In this document: positions 31,506 to 40,500 of the stretch, one piece after another
Layout: every line of letters starts with the position of its first letter
How positions within the stretch are numbered: the first letter of the stretch is position 1
Virus record (IMG/VR): IMGVR_UViG_3300035670_000212
Location: 1 to 61,577 of that record
Strand: one strand, 5' to 3'
DNA from: a virus
Length of the DNA: 61,577 bases
The notes under the pieces: model-generated
What the model was told of the DNA's origin: nothing
What the model saw: the letters and a program-made list of their open reading frames with translations, nothing else
Database searches by the model: none
Position numbers and translations under genes: made by a program

Positions 31506-34500
31506 GTGGCGACCATCTCTCCCTTCCTCAAATCGCCATTCCAAGAACTGATCGACCGTCAAGAGCCGCAGCCGATGCCGGGCAGCGATCCGGTCGTCAA
31601 CGTCGAGATGCCGCAGATCGAAGCTGCGCCCGTCGTGCAGGCCGTGCCGCAGCCCGAGCCGCAGACGTTCGCACCGAAGTCGGGCAAAAAGGCCAGTCTC
31701 GCGCCGCCGCCCGAACTGCGCCCGCTGTTCGCCGCGACCGCCGAGCACTTCGGCGTACCGGAAAACGTGCTGATGGCTATTGCTCAGCAGGAATCGAGCT
31801 ACAACGCCAATGCAGTCAACAAGGAAACTGGCGCATCGGGGATTGCGCAGTACATGGGCGCTACGGCTAAGGCATTGGGTATCAATGCACTTGATCCGAA
31901 CGAAGCTATCCCAAATACCGCAAGGCAAATCCGCGAACGCCTGGATAATGGCGCAAGTCTGGAAGACGCGATCAAGGAACACTTCGCAGGTCCGAACCGC
32001 AAGCTTTGGGGCAGCAAGACTGCCGCCTACGGTAAGGAGGTACTGGCAAAGGCCGAGCAGATCGGCGCGGAACTGTACGGCGAAGCGCCGCAGCAAGCCG
32101 AGCCAGAGAAGCAAAACGCCTTCGCCGCCGACCGCATGGCGCGCGCCGAATACGAAGCCAATTTCAAAGCGATGAACCCGAAGGCGTCACCGGATGCGCT
32201 GGCCGCCGTGATGGCGCAGTACGACGAGCAGGCCAGCGCGCGCACCAAGGCCAAGGCTAATTCGGTGCAGGACCGCTTCAACAAGCTGAAGTCGCCCGAG
32301 GCGATGTTTGACGAGCGCCTGAACGCCAAGTTGCAAGCGAAGAATCGGGGCGTGGCGCAAGTCGCGCCAGAGCGCCAGCAGCCGGTGGACGTGAACAGCG
32401 TTACGCACGAGCGCCCCGGCGTCATGGAGCAGGCGCAGGGCGACTTCGGGCGCGGCATCAGCAATCTTAAGGCGCTTGGTTACGGCGTGGGCGGCCTTGT
32501 CGCCGAGCAGATGGGCAACGACGAAGCGGCCACCCGCATGTTAGACGAGTACGTCGCCATTCAGGACGACATCGCCAAGAACAACCCGGCCACCATCGGC
32601 ACGTATAAAAACGTCAAGTCGCTGGGCGACGCCGGGCGCTACGCCGTCGAGGCGGTCGCGGAAAACCTGCCGATGCTGCTGCCGTCCCTTGTCACGGGCG
32701 GCATCGGCGCGCAGATTGGCAAGAAGGCCGCAGAGCGCGTCGTTGCGGGCATGATCGAAACGCAGGTAGCCAAGGGCGTGGCGCGCGAGGTGGCCGAGAA
32801 GCAGGCTGCGCAATTCGTCGCCAAGCGCATCATGCAAGGCTCTATTGCAGGCGCTGCCCCGGCCTCCATCGGCATGGAATCCGGCTCGATCATGGGCGAC
32901 ATCTACCAGGAGACTGGCGAGAAGCGCCCCGGCCTGGCACTGGCGGGCGGCATTCCGGCTGGCCTGCTCGACACGATCCAGCCCGTCATGGCGCTGCGCA
33001 AGATCGCTGGCCCTGTCGTGGATGAAGTCGCGGGCGGCATCGTCAAGCGCATGGGGCGTGAAGCTGGCCTGCAATTCCTGACCGAAGCAGGCACCGAGGG
33101 CTTGCAGACCGTGATCGAGGAATTCGCAGCAGCCAAGGCAGCAAACCGTGATATGTCCACCGACCACATCATCGACGCCATGCTCAAGGGCGGCATCGGT
33201 GGCGGCGTCATGGGCGTGGCGTCGCAAGGCGTGAACGAGGCGCGCGGTGCGATTAAGGGGCGGCCTGCTGCAAGTCCACCACCGGGCCAAATCGACGCCG
33301 CACTCCAGAAAAATCAACAGGTTAGCGCGACTCCTACCCGGCCTGCTGGACCATTGACCACCGCCCTGTCGAGTGCCGCCAACGTTCAGGCTGACGATGA
33401 GGGCTTCACGGCGCAGGTTCTGGGCGACGACGGCCAGATGTACACACTGGACAGCCGCACGGGCGTGGTCGCCCCAGCAGAACCCGCCGCGCCGAGCGGC
33501 CCGCTGGAAGCCGCGATTAGCGATGCCGCCGAGCAGCATGCAGCCGATCCCGCCCCCGCCCCGATCCAACCGGAAGCAGAACCGGCCGCCCCTGACTATA
33601 CCGCAATGGCGCTGCCGGACCTGCAAGCACGCCTGAAGGACATCGCGGAGCAAGCCAAGGCCAGCCCGCAGGCGCGCCAGCAGCTCATGCCAGAGCGCAA
33701 GCAGATAGAACAGGCCGTCAATGCCAAACTCAAGGAAGCGAAGGAGGCGTCGAAGCCCGCCGAGGAACCGCTTGCCGCAGGTCCATTCGAGGACATCAAG
33801 GCCGCGAACCGCATGATGCTGCGCTTCGTGGAATCGACCGGCACGCCGCACGAAGTCGTAGGCGAGGAAAAAACTGGCTACAAGGTAAGAAAATTAAGTG
33901 GCAGCGTAGTAGAATACGGGCATGAAAAAATACCCGCCACCAACAGGAATCGCAGCGACCTTAACGTTCGTAACGTGGAGGTCGATCCGACGCAGATGCT
34001 ACGACAAGGGCGATACCAGCTACCACAAGTACGGGGCGCTGGGGATCGAGATGTATCAGCCTTGGAGGGAAAGTTACCACCAGTTCGTAAGGGACGTGGG
34101 GGAGCGCCCGAGCAAGGAATACACGATGGATCGAATCGACGGGAAGAAGGGCTACTTTCCGGGGAACGTGCGCTGGGCGACCAGAAAGGAGCAAGCGCAG
34201 AATCGGTCAAGCAACGTCCTTCTGACATTCAACGGGAAAACGCAAGTGGCGGTCGAGTGGGCGCGGGAGATGGGGATGTTGCCGGTAACTCTGATGGCTC
34301 GACTCAGGAAGGGTTGGACGACCGAGCGCGCCCTAACGGAGCCCGTAGCAAAAAGGACGCCAAAGCCCAAGTAAAACCTCAACCAACCCCTCACTCCGAG
34401 GCCAACGATGGAATCGACGCTGCTGCACAAGGAAGAACTGATGGACTCGGACGAAGCGGCGGAACTGCTGATCCAGTACGGGTTTCGGACGACGGAGCAG

Positions 34501-37500
34501 GTCAACCATCTGGAATCGTGCCTGGCGCAAAACCTGATGGCGCTGCCCGAGGACGCGGAACTGACGCTGCAACTGATCGAACTGGTGCAGATGTCGCCGC
34601 CAACGCTGACCAAGCACTGAGCGACGATACGCGCCCGAAAGTCAACCCCTACGCCAACCGCCGCTTCAGTGCGCCGGAAAAGGGTGAAGCCTTCATCGAC
34701 AAGGAAGGGATTGACCGCAACCATTTTGAAGTCGTGCAAACCGGCCCGGCGCGCTGGCAAGTGCTGCCGCGCCTTCCTAAATCCGATGCTGCGGAGGTGA
34801 AAACGAATGTGCCCGAACGCCAGGAAGTTCCAGAAGAAGCGCCGGTTGCGCGCGGAGAGGAAAGCGCGCAACAAGGTGCTGCCGCTGGAAGCGAAGCCGC
34901 AGGAGCAGGAAAAGCCGCAGCGCCTGCCGCGCCAGCAGTAGCGGGAAAACCCAAGCGCCCGCTGTACCAGCGCGAAATCACGAACGCCAAACAGGAAGAG
35001 GCCGTACGCAAGGCCGCCGAATCGCTGGCAGCGCGCAAGGCAAAAAAGGACGGTGGCACGAAGCTGGCCGACAAGGACGGCAAGCCGCTGGTCGTTTATC
35101 ACGGCAGCACCGAGAAATTGCCCGCAAAGATGCGCAGCGGCGAGCCGGTCTACGTGACTACGGATCGCGGCTATGCCGACTCGTTCAACCCGCTGCGCGA
35201 GGGCGAAACCGCTTCCTTCACCGCTGACATCCGCAACCCGTACTACGCCACCGAGCAGGGCGAAATCGACGGTATCAAGTACAGCAAGGAAGCCATCGCC
35301 AAGCTGAAGGAGCAAGGCTATGACGGGGCAATCTACAAAGGCGGCAAGGGGCCGCAGCAGGCGCTCGTCTTCGATGCCGATCAACTAACTCGCGTGGCCG
35401 AGCCGCAGCAGGCGGCGGCAGAACAACCGCCTGCACCAACAGCCGCACCAGCCTATCGCCTGCCGGAAGATGTGGGCACGGATTGGCGTCGCGCCGAGGC
35501 GCTGGACTTCGAGCCGGACGCGCGCCAGAAGATCGTCATGGATGCGGTCGAGAAGGCACTTGCTAATGGCGTCTTCTACAACCGTGACATGGACGAGAAG
35601 GTGGCCGAAGCCTTGGGCGTGGGCGCTGACGTGCGCAGCCGCAAGAATTCCGGCACCGAAGGCGGCGACTTCGGTTATGACGTGTACATGGCACGCAAGG
35701 CGGTCGAGGCCAAGCAGCGCCATGCGGAAATCGCCCGCGTGCAAGCCGAGCAGAACTTCAAGGCTGGCGACGTTCTGGGTACCCTGATTTTCAACGACTT
35801 CAAGGTCAACACGGGCGTTACCGTCGAGGCAGTCAACGGCGACCAGATCAAGCTTCGCGGCAAGCGTGGCGCGTATTCGGTCACGATGGAAACCGGCCCG
35901 ACGAACATCAAGTATGCCATCGAGCGCGCGCACGAAAAAGGCAAGCGCAAGGACTCTTACGAGGAATTCATTGCATCGCGCAATGAAGCCGCACCAGCCA
36001 AGCCAAAGCGCAAGCCTGCTGCAAAGAAGGCTGCGCCAGAGCAAGCAGAGGAAGCGGAAGGCGTGCGCTACTCTGTTTCTGGCGACATCGGCGCTGTCTC
36101 GCATCTTCGTGACGGCATCGGCGCGCCCGTGCGCGTGGAATCCGTAGATGAGAACTTCGGCACCGGCACCGCGTTCGTGGTCGAGTTCGACAACGCAACC
36201 GTCCAGATGTCGGTACGCGAAGAGTCTGACGGCATTTACGTGATCGGCCTTCAGGCCAAGCAGCCAGGCGACCTGACCAAGCCAGTGCGCGGCACCGGGC
36301 GCGGGCGCGAAATCATGGAGTCGCTGAAGCAATACGCCGACCAGACTGGCAAGCCGCTCAACATCATGGGTGTGACCGAAGGCGGCGCGAACTTCTGGCG
36401 CTCGCTGCCGTGGCTGCACCCCTCGCCCGTCTCGCTGGAGATGGCGGGCGACATGCAAACCGACGAGCGCGGCTTCATCTATCAGCCGCAGGGCGTGCGC
36501 TACTCTGTAAGCGGAGATGTGACAGATAGCCCGGCTTTCCGCCGCTGGTTTGAAGGCAGCGCTGTGGTGGACTCGGGCGGTAAGCCGCTGATGGTTTTCC
36601 ACGGCACCGACCAGGATTTCAATTCGTTTGCCAAAGAAAAACTTGGCGAAGCGACCGGCGCACAGTCGGCGGCGCAGGGCTTCTTCTTTGTCTCGCGTCC
36701 CGACGTGGCAACCAGCTACGCAAACTACGCGGCCATGCAAGCGCCGGTTCGCCGTGAACTTTTGCAGTCCGAGCGTGCTGAGAAACGCGGCGACTGGGAT
36801 GGCTACGATGCCGCGCTTCAGCGCGCCGAGGAACTGGAATCGGAAATCGCTGACCGCCCGCAGCGCGGCCAGAATGTCCTGCCAGTCTACCTGAGCATCA
36901 AGAACCCCGCCATCATGGACGCGGAAGGCGAATTGTTCATGTCGATTCAGGACAAGATCAATGCCTTCATCAAGGTAGCGAAGCGCAAAGGCCACGATGG
37001 CGTGATCTTGAGAAACCTTGATGATGACCCGAATTTCTCGGATCGCGTCGGGGATCATTACATCGCATTCCAGCCCGAGCAGATTAAATCAGCAATCGGC
37101 AACAACGGCGAGTTCTCGCCGGATAACCCTGACATCCGTTATTCGGCAGCGGCCATGGTGGAAGACGCCCTGCCAGCCGTCTCTCCCTTCATCCAGGCGC
37201 TGGCCGATGCGGGCGCAATCGAACTGCATGCCGACGCTTCGACGCTTCCCGTAAAGGGCCGCGTGCCGCAGGGCGTGCAGGCGCTCACCACGGCAGACGG
37301 TCGCATCCACGTCGTCGCCAGCGCGCTCAACAGCAACGCCAAGGGCATCGTCCTGCACGAAGCCTTCCACGCTGGCGGCAAGGCGCTCGTCGGCAGCAAG
37401 GCATGGAGCGACCTGATGGCGCGGCTCGGCTCGCTGTACCGCCAGTATGAAAAGTCGGGCGGCGCGGCGCGCACGTTCTGGGACAAGGCCCGCGCTCGCG

Positions 37501-40500
37501 TAGCAACTGCAAAGGCCAAGGGCGCTGTCGCCGATGGCATGGAGCACGAAGAATTCGGCGCTTACGCCATCGAGGAATACGAGAATGCCCCGCTGACGGT
37601 CAGGAAGTGGGTCGATGACCTGCTGGGCGCGGTGAAAGCATGGGCGCTGCGCCGCTTCGGGCGGCAACTTGGGCAGGTCACGCCTGCGCAGCTGTCGGCG
37701 CTGGCAAAGCTGGCGCTGCTGGACGTGCAATCGAGCCGGGCGCAGGAAGCCTTCTCGACGGACGACCGCCGCGCGGAAGATCGCGGCACCGAAGACCGCC
37801 GCCAAACTGTCCAATTCGAGGGCGAGCGCCGTCCAATCGAAAACTCGCGCGGCACCCTGATCGCCGAGGACATGAACAAGCAGCTGGCCTTCTATCGCTG
37901 GTTCAAGGATTCGCAAGTCGTGGACGAGCAGCAGCGCCCGCGCGTAGTTTTCCACGGCACCAACGTTGACTTCGACGCATTCAAATCCGACAAAACCGGA
38001 TCGTCGTGGGATGCTGGAAAGCTTGGCAAGGGCTTCTATTTCAGCACCGACCCGCGCCTTGCAAGCAGCTATGCTACGAATGCCCGCGCCAAGTCGCGCG
38101 ACGATGCGCCGAGCATCATGCCGGTGTACCTGTCGATCCAGAATCCGCTGGAAATCGGCCCTCTCGACTGGCAAGCTGGAGAAAACTTGTGGGACAAGTT
38201 GCGTGACTTTTCCGAGCAGGCTGGCATCGACATCGATCCGGTAAGCGACCCAGACAGCAATCAGCCTAATCCGGAATGGTCGGAGCCGTTCCGTGACGCC
38301 CTGAAGCGCTTTGGCTATGACGGCGTGATGCTGAAGTTCAGCGATGGACATCAGGAGTTGGTAGCCTTCGATCCCGAGCAGATCAAGTCGTCGGTCGGCA
38401 ATTCCGGCTCGTTCTCGTCCGATACTACGGACATCCGCTACTCGGTAGCGGGAGACCCGCAGCCGCGCGAACTGACGCCTGACAATCAAAGTCTGCTGCG
38501 CCGCGTTCAAGAAGTAGGCCAGGATCGAATGAACCGCATCAATCAGATTCAGAAAACGATTGAGCGCGAATTTGGAGTGGAGATTGCCGAGGGCGACGAC
38601 ACGTACCTGAAGGACACGAACCGCCCCGGCAAGGTATCGGCGCGCCAAGAGGACGGCGAAGACCGCCTGCTGAAGCCGATGGTGAAGAAGCTGGCAGATT
38701 CGGGATACAAGCTTTCCGATCTGGAAGAACTTCTGCACGCCATGCACGCCAAGGAGCGTAACGCCTACGTCGCCACTATCAATCCGAAACACGACCCAGA
38801 CAGTCCCGAATACGAGGGAACGCAAGGCTCGGGCATGAACGATGATAAGGCCGAGCGCATCATCGAGAAATACGAAGGCGCGGCGGAACTGCACCAGATC
38901 GCCAATCAGGCGCGCGCCATCGCAAAGCGCACGCTCGACCTTCAACTCGAATACCAGCTCATCAACAAAGAAACGCATGAGCGCCTGACCAAGACCTACG
39001 AGTATTACGTTCCGCTCAAGGGCGACGGAGAATACGGCGTCAAGATCAAGCGTGCGATGGGCCACGGTGAACGCGACGAGAATATCCTTGAACACCTGTC
39101 GCGCGACTACAACCAAGTCATTGCCAAGGGCGAGCGCAACCTTGTCGTCCAGTCATTAATCCGGCTGGCGCTCAAGTTCCCCGACGATTCGACCTGGACC
39201 GTGCGCGTGCCGCCAAAGGGCCGCTACGTCGCGGGCAAGGTCTACAACATCGTCCATGTTGGACCCGGCGCACCGACGAACGGTGAAACCGTGGCGTCCT
39301 TCGAGTCGCATTCGCAAGTGACGGCATGGCTGGAAGCGAAAGGCGCGGAAGCTCGCCACTACAAAGTCCTCGATAGCAACGGCGAGCAGGTTGTCGAATT
39401 CACGAAGCCGTTGCAAGACAACGAGGTCATGGGCTACATCCAAGGCGACGCCGTGCGAATGCAGATTCACGACGAGGCCCTGGCAAGGCAAATCCGCCCG
39501 CTGGACGTGAAGCAGTTGAATATGTTCGTGCGCGGTCTAGCTAAGATTCATCGTTGGTATGCCACCGTCTACACCGCCTACAGCCCGACCTTTATCTTCA
39601 CGAACGTGATCCGCGACGCGGGAAGCGGAACCATCAACATGCTCGGCAACTATGGCGCTGGTGTGGCGGCTGAAGCATGGCTCAAACACTATGCCAAGGC
39701 GTCGGCGGCGCTGCTCTACTGGTCCAAGTCTCACAACGCACCGCAAGGCAAGACGGGCCAGTACCTGAACGAGTATCGCGCCCAAGGCGGCAAAACTGGC
39801 GCTGCGCACATGAGCGACCTTGAACAACAGCGCGAATCGTTCCAGCGCATGTATGACGATGCCTACGGCGCATTCAAGTATGCCAAGGATGGGCGCGTGG
39901 ACAAGGCAGCCTTGATTGCGGCACGCAAGACCGTCATGGGGCTGGCAAAGACCATCGAAATGGCGAACGTGGCAACCGAGAATTCGCTGCGACTGGCGCT
40001 GTTCATCACCCTGAGGGAGCGTGGCGTCAGCCCTGGCAAGGCAGCTGCGGCAGCTAAGAATGTCACGGTCAATTTCGACCGCAAAGGAACTGCCACTGGC
40101 TTTATCAGCGCCTTCTACCTGTTCTTCAACCCGCGCGTGCAAGGTGCGGCGAACGCTCTGCGCACCCTCACCAGTGGAAAGCACAAGTACCAGGCATGGA
40201 CAGCACTTGGCATGATGGCTACCGCAGGCTACTTCATGGCGGCGGCAGGCATGGATGAGGACAAAGACCGATGGCTGGGCACGAAGTGGGATACCCGCTC
40301 GAAGAAGCTGATTTTCTTCAATGGTGACAAGACCATCGAAGTTCCTGTAACGCAGGAGTATGCCCCAGCAATGGCTGCTGGCGTGGCACTTGCGGAAGTC
40401 GTGCGCGGCGAGTCGCCGACCAAGAGCGGCGCTCGTCTGATGGCGTCCATTGCTGACGCCTATGTGCCAATCGACGTTGCACACCCGGATAGCGACAACC

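Larger units (their letters stand above)
33886..34625 (+). mobile_element. Putative inserted two-gene cassette inside the giant ORF (approximate bounds)
   Basis: An abrupt AT-rich leader. The coding signal switches to the +1 frame. Arg codons are AGG/AGA/CGA. The host frame reads G/R/D/S-rich low complexity. Confidence 0.55.
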
